Below are positions 42,297-54,400 of a DNA stretch of 64,000 nt, one piece after another (position 1 is the first letter of the stretch; each line of letters starts with the position of its first letter). The notes under the pieces are model-generated. The model worked only from the letters and a program-made list of their open reading frames with translations. It had not been told where the DNA came from and searched no databases. The stretch is taken from contig CBFFRQ010000069.1 of NCBI GenBank assembly GCA_965644315.1, positions 868,001 to 932,000 of the forward strand. Direction: 5' to 3'. The DNA is from Caecitellus pseudoparvulus (Eukaryota; Protista; Bigyra: Bicosoecida). The translations under genes were made by a program, and so were the position numbers.

Positions 42297-45200
42297 CTAC
42301 GTCAGGGAAGCAGCGGAAAGCACATCTCCGTCGGCATCGAGCAGAACGGACTGCCCCAGCACCATACCTCCCGCGCCCCGCAGCGCATCTGCGTCGGCCT
42401 GCGAGAGACCCGCCAAGAAATCCTCCTCGTCATCCCCCTCGCCGCTCAGGCTGGAAGCAACTTCAGCGTACACTGCCTGCCCCTGCACTTCGTCCAGGAA
42501 CCGGTGTCCGAAGCCAGGCTCCCCAGATGCAGCCGCGGCCATCAGCTCGGCTGTCTGCTCGCTGGGCTCCTCCCCAAGCAGCTCGTTCAGCCTCGCAAGG
42601 GCCCTAGCTGCGAAGTCGTGCCCCCCACTGGATGGTGTGGACATGCCCAGGCTTGCTGCTGTGTGAGCCGCCGGAGCAGCTGTGTCCCGGACTCGTGGTT
42701 GGGTGCGAGCGCCGTGGGCCTCAGAGCCGGGAGATGCATGGGTCCCCGACGGGCCTGGGGAGGCCAAGATCGCCTCCCCAGACGACCAGCTGTCATCAGA
42801 ATGCCCGCTACCTTGACGCCGCTGCGCCTCCCCCTCTGAACTGTCCTGGTTGTCGCCGCCCTGTCCCGCCTCGGCGGACTCATGCCCCTTGCCGCTGGCA
42901 CTTGAAGCGGCAGTGGTTGCCGTCTCGTCCACAGGGCCCAATTGGGCAGCTCGCCCCACCTGCGCCTGAGCAAGGCCTGCCTCGTACTGGTGTGCAAAAC
43001 GGCCCAGCGTGCTCTGCCGAGCCTCCATAGCGACGATGGTGCTTGCCTGGCGACGCACTGTGGCTTCCAGCACTTCGCACCTCGCCAGCAGGGCGCGGTA
43101 CTGCGCTGACGCGTCGCCCCCATCAGAGGACGCGGAGGAGTCACCTGCCGATCCGCCCCGCACTTCACGCAGCAGGGCGTCACGCTCAGCTCTGAGTGCA
43201 TCCAGCTCAGCCGTGGCCAGGGCACCCGGCGTGGTGCGGTGAGCACTGGACCCGTCACCTGGCTGGTCTTCCGTGCCCGCAGAGCTGCTGGACCAGCCGA
43301 GTGCTGTGGCCCGAGCCTGCCACGTGGCAGCATCGGCCGCACAGCGCTCCTGGCCGAGGTGGGCAGCTGCTGCTTTGGCCCTGGCCTCTGCTGCCACGCC
43401 CTCCAGAGTCTGCATGCTGCGCTGCAAACGAGTCAAGGCCTCGCTCAAGTTGCGGTGCTCAGCAGTGGCTCTGGCAGCCTCCTCTAAGGCTGCCTCAGTC
43501 TCTGCCCTGCTCTCCACCAGCTGCCGGCGCAAGGAGGCGGTTGCAGCACTGGCTGAGCTGGACGCAGACGTGGCCTGCTCAACTTCACCTGCCATGCCTG
43601 CGTTCAGAGCCTCTGAGGCGGCCAAGTCACCTTGCGAAGCCGCCAGGGCACGGGATGTAGCGTCCAGGGACGCCTCCAGGCTGCTGACAGTGCCCTCTGC
43701 AGCCTCCCGCTCCCTGCGCTCGTGGGCAAGCGCCGCGTCTGCCTCTTGCAGGGAGCTCTCCAGGCGCTGCACTTGCTGCTGGGAAGCCTGCAGCGACGCC
43801 TCCAGACTGGACACCTGCGCCAGGACGGCGTCTCGCTGCCCGCACACATCACGGTAGGCAGCCAGCACGTTGTCCTTCTCCGCCCGAGCGTCGTCCGTCG
43901 TCGCGTGAGCGGCGCCCAAGCCGGCCTTCAGCGAAGCCACCCGTTCCTCAGCGCTGCGGAGGCTGGCCTGGACCCCTGCAAGTTCCTGTGCGAGAGCCTG
44001 GTTCTCACGCGTCAGGGCCGCCACATTGCGCGCTGCTGCTGCCAGCTCACTGCGCTGCATCTCACTCGTGCCCACGGCGCTGGCAGCTTCTGACCGCGCA
44101 GTGGACAACTGCTCCCGCAGCGCAGCAATTGTGGCTTCGGCGCTGGAGAGGTCCCCCTGCAATGCCGCCGCCCGCTCTGCCGCGGTGCCTGCGTCGGCCA
44201 TGGCCTGCTGCACGAGGCCGGCTGCAGAGTGCTCGCCGTCACGCAGTGCTGCGATCGTCTCCGCAGCCGCGTCCAGCCGTGCACTGAGCTCATCCCGCTC
44301 GGCGTCCAGCGCCGCCAAGGCTCGCTTCGCCCGTGTCGCGGCAGCGTTGGCAGCTTCCTCCCCACGCCGTGCAGCCTGAGCCTGGGCTTGTGCCGCTGCT
44401 AGGGCTGCCTGCGCGGAATCCAGCTTGGCTTGTAGGTTGGCTGCTAAACTGTCGGCCCCTGAGCGAGCACGGTCCATCTGCACAAACAAGGCCTTCATGT
44501 CTGCCAATTCTGCCTCTGCAGTGGACAGACGGGCTTTGGCCTCGGAGGCGCCCCGCTCAGCGGCATCTGCCGCCTCGTTCGCTCGCGCCGCCGTCTTCTC
44601 TGCGCCTTCGGAGCGGGCGCGGGCAGCAGTCAGGGCTGCTGTCACCTCGCTCACACGAGTCTCCGCCTCAGCAGCGCGCCCCTGCGCGGCAGCCAGCAAG
44701 CGTGCCTTGCTCGCAGCCTCGTCAGCGGCAGCCCTTGCCTGGCGCTCAGCTGCGCTGCGAGCCGCCGCCTCCTCTGCCGCTTTTGCCTCTGCCGCCGCAA
44801 CGACTCCTTGCGCCTCCTGCAGGGCGCTGTGCAGGCGCTCAGCACGTGCCTGGGCTGCCTCTGCGGCACCTTGCTGCGCAGACACCTCCTCTTGGGCTGC
44901 ACGCAGCATGGCTTCCAGGTGTGCGGTGCGCTGCGTCGCTGCGTCGCTGGCCGCCTCTGCTTCTGCCTGGGCTGCTGTGGCGGCCGCCACCCCCCTGTCC
45001 GCAGCCGCCGCCGCAGCTGAAAGCGCGTCCACTTGCTGCTTCAGCCGGGCAACTTGGTCCACGTCGCTGCCTTTCTCCGCCTGCAGGCGGGACACCTCCC
45101 GCAAGGCGGCATCGCGCTCAGTGGTAAGCGTGCCAACCTTGGCTGACGCTGCGGCCAGGGATGCCTGCAGCTCACCCACACTCGCCCCTCCCTGCGTCGA

Positions 45201-47410
45201 CAACGCAAGCTGCAGCTGTGTCACCCGTTCTCCCAGCTGCACGATCTCTTGCTTCGCTGCAGCCAGCTGCTCCTCAGCCTCCGCCTCGGCGCGCCGGGCC
45301 TCCTCCAGAGCGGCCGCATCCCCCGCCACCCCCGCCCGCGCAGCGGCAGCGGCAGCCTCAGCAGCCTCAGCACGGGCCGTGCTATCTGCCAAGGCATCCT
45401 TGCTGCGCTGCAGGGCATCCGCGAGGGCGTCCCGTTCGTCCGCCACGCCTGTGACCTTGGCCTGGGCCGCCCTCGCCCGGGCTGTCGCTGCGGACTTCTC
45501 CCGGCGCAGCACCTCCACCTGGTCCTTCAGGTCAGACACGGTGGCTGCCAGCGCCGTGGCCCTGCTCTTCTCCTCGGACAGACTGCTGCGCATGGAGGCA
45601 CCAGCGGAGGCCTGAGACTTGACCATAGGTCGCAGTGACGCCAGCTCGGCAGTGGCCGCTGCCAGCTCGGCCTCCAGGTCGCCCACACGGGCCCGGCACT
45701 TGGCAGTCTCGCCCTGAGCCGTGCTGGTCGCGTCCCGCGCCCCAGTCAGCGCAGCCTGCAGGTCATCCACCTCCCGCCTCGCTGCCAGGGCGTCGGCCTC
45801 CGCAGCCGCCGCTCGGTCTGCAGCTGCTGCCGCACGTGCGTTCGCAGCCTGCACACGAGCGTCGGCCGATGACGAGGCTTGCTCCGCAGACGCCTGAGTG
45901 GAAGCGGCAGCCTCTGCTAAAGCCGACGCGCGGGAGGCAGCAGCCTCGAGGGAAGCGATGCGTTCCCTGGCAGCTGCCAATTCTTGACGAAGGGGGGCTG
46001 GGTCCCCACCGAGGCCCTGCGCTGCTGGCGCGGAGGCCGCTTCGCCGCCTGCGGTGAGGCTGCGTTTCTGCGCACTCTGGCGACGAGGAAGGCGCGATTT
46101 GGAGGCTGTGGGGCCCTGGGCGTCCTCGGGGCGTGGCGAGGGGGCCTGCGCCGGAGCCAGCTCCTCTGCCATGTGCTGCAGGGAGGTCACCTCGCCCCGC
46201 AGGGACCCCACCAAGGCCTCTGCCTGCTGCCGCCTGCCCTGCTCGTCGCTCAGCGCCTTGCCCATGCGCGTCAGCTCGGCCCGCAGGTGCTCTTGTCCCT
46301 CAGAGGCCTCCTCCGCCTCCGCGGATGCCACCGCTAGCTCAGACGCCAGCTGCTCCACCTGCTCCTGCAGGGACATCAGCGCCAGCGCGTCGGAAGGAGA
46401 GGCACCGCTAGGAGCGGGCATTCCGGGCGCTGCTGCGCTGCCGCCTGCTCTCATGCTGGCCTCAGAGAGCGCCTTGCTCAGGCGGGCAATCTCGGCGTCC
46501 CGTGCAGCCACGCCGGCACGAGCAGCTTCAGCTTCAGCAAGGGCGCCCTCCGCCGCTGCACGAGCTCCTGCCACTTCCTCCCGCAGGCCAGCTTCGACGG
46601 AGAGCCTCACAGCGTCTTCCCTCGTCGAACTGCGGGCTGGACGAGGAGGTGTGTCTGCAGCTTTGCGCTCCAAATCCGCACTTGGCTCGGTGTGGAATTG
46701 CTGCTCCCCTGCCTCGCCATGCAGACGCTGTTGGCGCGCAGATGCATCAGATAGCTCAGATATTTGATGTTCCTGCGCAGAGATCCAAGTAGGTTGTCTA
46801 GGGGCTCCTCTCATGAGCCCTGCAGGAATGCCTGTGTCATTCAAATTCACGGCTGCACGCGACTCACCTGAGCGGCAATAAGTTGCAAGTGCTGCTGCTG
46901 GGCGTGCTTGAGGGCTTCAACTTGTTCTCTGAGCTGCCCCAGCTCAATCGTGGCCTTCTTCTTCTCTCCATGGCCAGCCTCAGTGTGCTCAATCAGCTCC
47001 CGGTGCAGCTGCAGCAACAGGGCCAACGGCGACGGTTCATATTCCGCAGTCACGGGCGCTGAAAAGCGCGGCACAGGCAAGCCCCGCATGCGCACCTCAT
47101 TGTTTTCCCGAAGCAACCGGGCATTTTCAGTTTCTAGCGGCCGCCTTCCGTTCAGTGCCGCGGCAAGCTCGCGTTCCACATCCTCCTTGGCAAGCCGCAG
47201 CGTCTCGTACTCGTTGGTGGTCAACAGCAGGTCATCCAGGAGCCGCCGCACGAGCGGTGCAGAGTCCAGACCGAGAGTCTGGCGGTAGTCAAGAGCATGC
47301 AATTGCTGCCTCAGTTCGACGTAGGCTGCTTCCTGAGTCGGCTCAGGAAGCACATGCCCCGGCTCGATGGGAGGGGTTACCGCCTCCACTGGGCCAGCCG
47401 GGCGATCCAT
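42297..47410 (-). CDS. CEP135: Centriolar cartwheel protein CEP135/BLD10
   Basis: N-terminal YVELRQQLHALDYRQTLGLDSAPLVRRLLDDLLLTT...LETENARLLRENNE(L)H is the CEP135 signature, followed by >1200 aa of Ala-rich coiled coil. Short introns near 47000-47100 and 46800-46870. The 3' end may extend by one more exon to ~42054. Confidence 0.85.
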
Positions 47411-47536
47411 GGCGGTGCTGACGGGAGGAACGCCACTACTACGCCTATGCAGCAGGCAGAGATGGAATGCCCGCGAGCCAGCTTGAGCTCCGGCGCGAGC
47501 GCGTGCATTGAGAGCGTCAATTTTACCTGCACAGTG

Positions 47537-50500
47537 CTACTGCAGCATGCTGCCAGCGTACTCGCGAAACGCTGCGTTGCAAGCCTCCTGCCCTCCTAGC
47601 AATGACTTGCACCCCGAGAACGAGACAACCCAGTCTCCCTCTTCGTACGATGCATGTGGTGGGTTGTGAGCCATGACGGGGCTCAGTTGCTGGGCGATCG
47701 AGGGAGGGTACGAGTTGACCCACACCTGCGGGACCCACGCCACCCGCTGCTCGAACTCCTCGGCGCGCCGGCCCAGCACTACGGACATAAAGAGCGCAGC
47801 TTGTTCCCACCATGTGTGGGAAATGAAGCCATTTCCTCGATCTGCTGCTTCATGCACGCCCTTCTGCCCGCCCAGTTCGTCCTCCCAACCAGCCGGGTAC
47901 GTGCTGCTGCCAGCCCACACTTCCTCCAGCACCCGGCGCGTCCATGCTGTGTTATGCACAAAGAACACCCCCGTGTTCAAAATGGCCCCATCTTCAGCGA
48001 GAATCAGGTCCGGGACAACTCCCCCGCCGCCTGCCATATTCGCCATATCGCTCTCGCTCAGTGGCACCCCCCGCTTCACTTGCCACCCAACGGAAGCACC
48101 CCACACGATGGACTCCAAGGGAATGCTACCGTTCATGACAAATGTATCACAGTCCAGCCACACAACCCAATCATGAGCGTAGCAGCTGCTGCACGCCCCC
48201 TCCTCTCGCTCGTGCAGGGCATCCAGCACGAGGCGCACCTTGGACCAGGCCGGCGGGCGTGTTTCGTCACGCACTTCAGTGTGGAAGCGATTTGCGTACC
48301 CATGATGCGATGTGTACGCCGCCCGATTGCGGCGTGTGAGACCTGTGAGAGGCGTAACCGACTCGTTATACGCGCACAGCGACACCACCGCGAAACGAGG
48401 CAGGAGGGCAGCCGCCCCAGATGTCGTGAAGCGCACGCTGCCGCCACTGGCTGACCGCACCGCATGGCCAGACCCAGAGGTACAAACGGGCAGGGGTCCT
48501 GGACCTGGCACAGTGCCAAGTTCAGGCGGACTTTGCAGGGGCAGCCCATCACTCAAACGCTTCCAAGCGGCAAAGTTGGTATGCCACCGACGACGTGTTT
48601 CGGCTGTGAAGAACGCCTCTGGTGCACTGGCGAGCGACCCCGGGCCATGGAAGGTGCCCAAGTTCCCCTGCTCATTTGCTAGCCACTGCCGTCGTGACCT
48701 GTACAGGGAGGCCAACAGACGCTCCCTGAGGCTTGCGAAGGGAATTCGAGTCGTCTCCTCCATAACTTCTTTGCCCTTCAATGCCACCGCTCGAAGGATG
48801 AAAGCGGCGGCCAGTTGTGCCGCAGTCAACGAATCTCTCCAGTGCGAAGCATGCCCGTACAGTTCACTGACCATGAGCAGAGCCGCTGCCGCAGCAGTCG
48901 GGTACAGCTCAACGTGCCGCCCGCTGGGCACAACGCTCAGTGCTAGGCAGTCGTTCCCCCCCACGCTTCCCTGATGCCCTGAAGAAAACCCAGCAGGGAC
49001 CAGCATTCCACGGCTCTTGCCCCCGTCGCTGCCCAGCACATCGGCCCAACTGCCGAAGCCCAACCACTGCAACACACGGCGTGCAGCCAGCAGGTGCCGC
49101 CCCTGGGTTGCGGCAACGTACGCTTCATGCAGTAGGCGTCGCATCTCCTCGCGACCCTCGCCGTTGCCGGGTAAGTCTCCCGAAACAGAGTGGTACGCTG
49201 TCCCTGCAACGCTCCCCCACCCCCCAGACAGAGTCTGCGTCAGTATGTTGTGGAAGTCGTCGACAGAAAATATGAACGAAGCAAACACCCCCTTCGCGCG
49301 CCAAACAGCTGTATCCACCTGGAAAGACGTCGCCAGCGGGTGGTTGTGAATCGGCACGCCCAGCGCAACTCCTGCGCTGGGCGCCCACGGAGACACCCCG
49401 GCGCGGGGAGCGTGCAACACCCCCTGAGTTGCCGCGCTTGCCGCGAGGAAGCCAGCTCGCCACATGGACACCACCCCCGCAACATGGCGCTCTGCATGCG
49501 AGAAGTGTCTCCGGAAGACTCGCTCTCCCGCTCTGCGCAGCTGCTCAACGCGCCGCGGGGGAATGCGTCGCAGGTGTTCAACAAGCCGGCCCAGACCTGC
49601 CACACTCGTATCCTGCCACAGCACCGCCAGGCGGGTCCAGTCAACGCCCCCCGGACCTGAGAGGGGCAATGCAGCCCAGCGGAGTACAACAGGCACAGAT
49701 CCGTGCGCCAGCGCCTCCAGCACCCGGTACGAGTGGGCCCCCTCGCCGGCAACCACAAATGCAAAACGTGAAGCGAGTAGCAGCTCACTGTAGTCCACAC
49801 TCTCAGCTTCTGCTTGCCATGTACCACATCGAGAGTCCGACGATGAGTGCAGCGGGCGCCGCTCCAGACTTCCGCAGTCTGACGCAGATTGCCAGCAAGT
49901 CAGAGCCACTGTCACGTCGCTGTGTGCTTGCGCGACCTGCCACAGCGCACTGCGAGCTGCACTTGGGTGCCCGGCATGTGCGTCATACTTTGCCCCCTTG
50001 AACACGGCCAAAGTGCTACGTTCTGCGGCTGTAGGGGTGCGAGCGGGGACTGACAGGTGCTTGTAGGGCTCCGCACCACACCTGTAGAACGTCAGCGGCA
50101 TCGCCACGTCATACCGTGCTCGCATGATGCCCAGGGCGGGGTTGTGCTCCCCGGGTGCAGCCCCGTCTCGAACTTCAAGTACCTGCGCACTTCCTTCCCA
50201 CGTCCCGACCAGACTGCTCTTCGCCATGGCCGCCAGCCCTGTCTCAAACATGGGCTCGTGGTCCCCAAAGTGGAAGAGCGCGTTCCCCTTGCCACTGCCA
50301 CCCCACAACTCGTGGCGAGCCAGCAACTCTGTCACTCGCAAGTCTCCTTCTCCAGGGGTGTTGGACACTTGCAGTGTGTCCAGCTCAGGCACGAGCACGC
50401 ATGCCATGCTCGCGTTCTGGGTGTGCAGTGGATGTCGCACTAGCCAGGCCATCAAGCTGCGAAAGGCAGCACTGCCCTGCCCGGCACCAGGCACTGGGTA

Positions 50501-51351
50501 CACGTGAAAAAGAAAGCCTCCCACAGTGCCACACCATGGTCGCTCCTCGGTGCTCCAGCTGCACACGCCGTCACCAAAGCTGCAGCTACTGGCATTGAGC
50601 CGCCGCGCCACGGCACGCTCATGCCACAATGCCGGGAGGCTGTGTGCGTTGTTGCACGCGCCCCCTGCTTCCGCTAGATGTCCACTCACATTAAAACCCC
50701 ATTCCTGCCCTGCTCCCGCTAGGTACACCTGTCGTGTGCTTGGGACACACACCTGTGGTTGGGCAAGTAGCGTTCTGTGAAACCTGCGCAAGCTGCTCTG
50801 GCAGCGGCACACGCACCGGTCTCCCATCCACGTGTATGCACATACAAGGGGGTGCTGTCTCACGATGCAGTGTGAGTAGTGCTCCACGACGATGCGAAGT
50901 TCCGTCCCCAGCCACTGGAAAGGCCACCCTGCTTGTTGCGCTGTGCGGGCGGCAAAGTCAGTGCCACCTGCCCGCCATGAGGTGCAGAGCAGCACCCACA
51001 CACCAGCATGTCACAAGTCCCGCTGCTAGAACCCAAAATGCAGTCTTGGTTAAGCTCAACCGGACGGGGGGACTCGAATTGCAGCCCCGGACATGTGAGG
51101 CAGCGCCCATTTGAGGATGCGGCGTTTCGCTGGAGTTTCGGCGCACCCGTCGCGGCAAGGGGCCGGCCACTGGCCCAAAGCCACGCAAAATGCAGCTCCA
51201 CGTGATGCCTCAGCCTCTCACGAAATGCAAGTGGCGGTCGTTTTGGCCCCTGTCGTGCGATGAAAGGAGCATCACTGTGCCACGCAGTCGCATCCAGCAC
51301 CCCAGCAATCAAAAGGACGAACAACAGAATGTAAAGCTGCACAAATCTCAC
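47537..51351 (-). CDS. Bifunctional glycosyltransferase: exostosin (GT47) fused to GMA12/MNN10 (GT34)
   Basis: GT47 motif YSELLLASRFAFVVAGEG..SYRVLEALAHGSVPVVL. GT34 motifs RPPAWSKV, WVVWLDCD, LNTGVFFV, WEQAAL and GDWVVSFSG. An upstream exon carries a signal-anchor-like LYILLFVLLIAGVL. Start codon uncertain. Confidence 0.8.
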
Positions 51352-51449
51352 TCTTCATGGGGTTTCTTGTAAATTTCCCTTGTTTTCATCCAGCTGTCCT
51401 GCTTCTCAGTGAAGACTTGAAGCGCAGAAGTCGCTGCGGCAAGGAAAAC

Positions 51450-51459
51450 CAATTTCCGC
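51450..51459 (+). promoter_or_regulatory. Candidate core promoter element CAATTTCCGC upstream of HRQ1
   Basis: Exact 10-mer ending 22 nt before ATG 51482. Confidence 0.45.
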
Positions 51460-51481
51460 AGTTGCGGCGCTGCTGTTTAAC

Positions 51482-54400
51482 ATGTCTGCAACCGCTGAAG
51501 AGCTGCTGACCAACTGCACAATCTCGCCGACATGTCCTCTTCCTGAAAATCTCACTCGCTTGCTTTTGCGCTGGGACGCGATGGACGTTGCCGTGTGCGA
51601 GGCACCCCTTTGCCACCACGCATGTGCCTGGCACGTGCTGCACTGGACCCTGCCTGCCACCGCCGCAGGTCTTTCTTGCAGAAGCGGCACCTGGCCACGG
51701 TCTTCAGCTCAGTGGCATCCCTTGTGAAGAGCTCCACGGCAGGCCAGCTCACCCTGGCTGAGCAAGACCTGGCACACATGGTGGCGCTGGCCCCCCCTGG
51801 TTTCACCGTCCGCATGCTGCTTCCCTCTCTCGCTGCGACAGAGCTCCCCAGCTCGCCGCCCCGCCCAGGGGTGCTCACAGCAGCTGATCCATTGGCGCGT
51901 CCGGCGGCCTCCGCGCCGCAGCCTCTCGCCAGCGACCTCGCCATCACCATGGAGCCGGCAGGGACGAGCAAGGCCAAGCGTTCAAAACGCCGCCGGTGCT
52001 TCCTGCAAGCCTGTGTGGACTTCGTGGGGCAGCGCCACAGGCAGTGGTGCTGTGAGCAGCACATTTCAGCGCCAGAGGTGCGCCAGCTACTGCGGCGCCG
52101 AACGCTCACCCGTTGGCATGAGCGTTTTCCACTGAACGACTTGTCGCTGCCCTCTTCAACTGCCCTGCCCAAGTCACCAGGCGAAGGCGGATCCGTTGTT
52201 GTGACCCCGAAAACAGACCCTAGTGCTGTTTTGGAGGCGGCAGGGTTCGTCCGGGAGCCTGGCGATGCGGCAGAGGCACAGGCAGCACGCAGCCGCGCAG
52301 CTGCCGAAGTCGTAGGGGCCGCAATTGCAACGTTGGGGCACGGCGAGGGCGTCGGCTGCACCTTTGAGAATGTGGAAACTTGGCTGCAGGAGAGTGTTCC
52401 TGTCTATGCAGGCCAAATCGTGCACGTGCATGAGACTGCGGCGCGCCCTGCCGTGTTCGCTGACCTTGAACCGCCGTTGCTGGAGCCTGTGAGGGAGGCG
52501 CTGACTGCTCGCGGCATCCACAAGCTGTACCTGCACCAGGTGCAGGGTATCCAAGCCATTCGTGCGGGTCGGCACCTCATCATCGCCACGTCCACGGCGT
52601 CAGGGAAGAGCACGGTGTACAACGTGCCGGTGTTTGAGGAGCTGCTCCGAAACCCGAACAGCGTGGCCATGTACATGTTCCCCACGAAGGCGCTGGCGCA
52701 AGACCAGCTGCGAGCCCTCCAAGACTTTGTGCAAGCATCCCCTGCCCTCCGTGACACCATTCGTCCGGCCTGCTTTGACGGGGACGTGGAGCGGGACGCG
52801 AGGATCTTGGCGGGGAAAGCCGCCAATGTCCTCCTCTGCAATCCCGACATCCTGCACGTCACGGTGCTTCCACACCATGAAAAGTGGCAGCGGCTGCTCC
52901 GAAACCTCAAATTCCTCGTGATGGATGAAGCCCACACGTACAGCGGCATTTTCGGGGCACACGTAGCCCTCATGCTGCGCCGACTGCAGCGCCTGACCGC
53001 CGTGTACGGCAGCCGCCCAACCTTCATAGCCTGCTCTGCTACGATCGGCAACCCAGTCACACACATGAAGGCTCTTGTGGGGCTTGGTGTTGAAGATGAA
53101 TTGGTTTGCATCGACACAGACTCCTCAGCCGTTGGGCGAAAGAAGTTCATTGTGTGGAACCCGCCCTTGCTTTCTGAGCTGGCTGACCAGCGACGTGAAC
53201 AGGAGTCGCAGTTCCACAGGGAGATGCAGCGTGCAGCTGCAGCCAGTGGAGATATTCGAGAGGCGCTCCTTCTGGCGAGCAGCCGTGCAGGCTCCCGAGG
53301 CTCTCCAGAGCAACCTGTGGAAGCCGCCCGCCCAAGTCGTGGGGTGAAGCGCCGCAAGCAGCGAGGCAGCGATGTCCCGGCCCCTAGACAACGCCAGCGA
53401 GTGCGTGACAAGGATCGAACCAAGGTCTTGGTGAGGGAGGTGGCGCTACAGCGCCCGAAGCGAGCGCGGACGGATCCCAGTCCGGAGTCCTCGCCTCGCC
53501 TCCCATCCCCCGTGCGCCTCCCAGCCCAAGTCTCAGCAGTGCGCTCTGCAGACATCGAGTCGTTCGCAGAAGGAACCTACACGACACCATCTCCTCCAGC
53601 GTCGGATGCACACAAAGGTGGCGCTTCGGGGTACCAGGCTGTCCTTGAGCGCGGCAGCAGAGTGCTGAAGCAGGCACGGGAACAGTGGGGTGAGCTACGT
53701 GGGCAGCTCAACGCAGCTGCAGATGCCTTCTCCGGCGCAGGCAGCGTGGGGAACTTGCGTGAACGACCAAGCGGACAGTCTGCGCCAAGTGCCCAGACTG
53801 GGGGAGGCGGCACGGGCGATACTTCGGGGGTTTCTGTGCAGCCACCCCCTCATTGGCGGGAGAAGTGGAAAGCAAGGGCAGAGCACCTGTACCCTGCCCG
53901 GCGCAGTGCAATCGTTGAAGGTGGGCTGATAATCGCAGCCTTGGTCTCAGGCGGCCTCAAGTCGATCACATTCACGAGGGTGCGCCAAGTTGCCGAGCTC
54001 CTCCTGGAGTACACGCATGAACGCCTGTCGGTCGTTGCACCGTGGGCCATCCGCCTGGTCAAGTCATATCGTGGAGGGTACCTGAAGCAACACCGCCGCG
54101 ACATTGAACGGGACATGTTTGCAGGGAAACTGTACGGGATCGTGGCCACGAACGCGCTTGAGCTTGGCATTGACATTGGCGCGCTGGATGCGGTGGTGCT
54201 GGTCGGGTACCCAGGCTCCGTTTCCTCCCTGTGGCAGCAGTCTGGGCGTGCGGGGCGCGGTGGCCGAGACGCAGTTGCGGTCTTGGTGACATTCGACAGC
54301 CCAGTTGATCAGTACTACGCGCGTCACCCGGAGGAGTTGGCGTCCCGGAGACCAGAGAGCGTGCACTTGGACCTGAGCAATGTTAATGTGCTGCGACAGC

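Noticed and set aside
43200-46600. Highly repetitive GCC/GCG-rich sequence
   Set aside because: Explained by the Ala-rich coiled coil of CEP135; no discrete tandem unit or CRISPR-like spacing.
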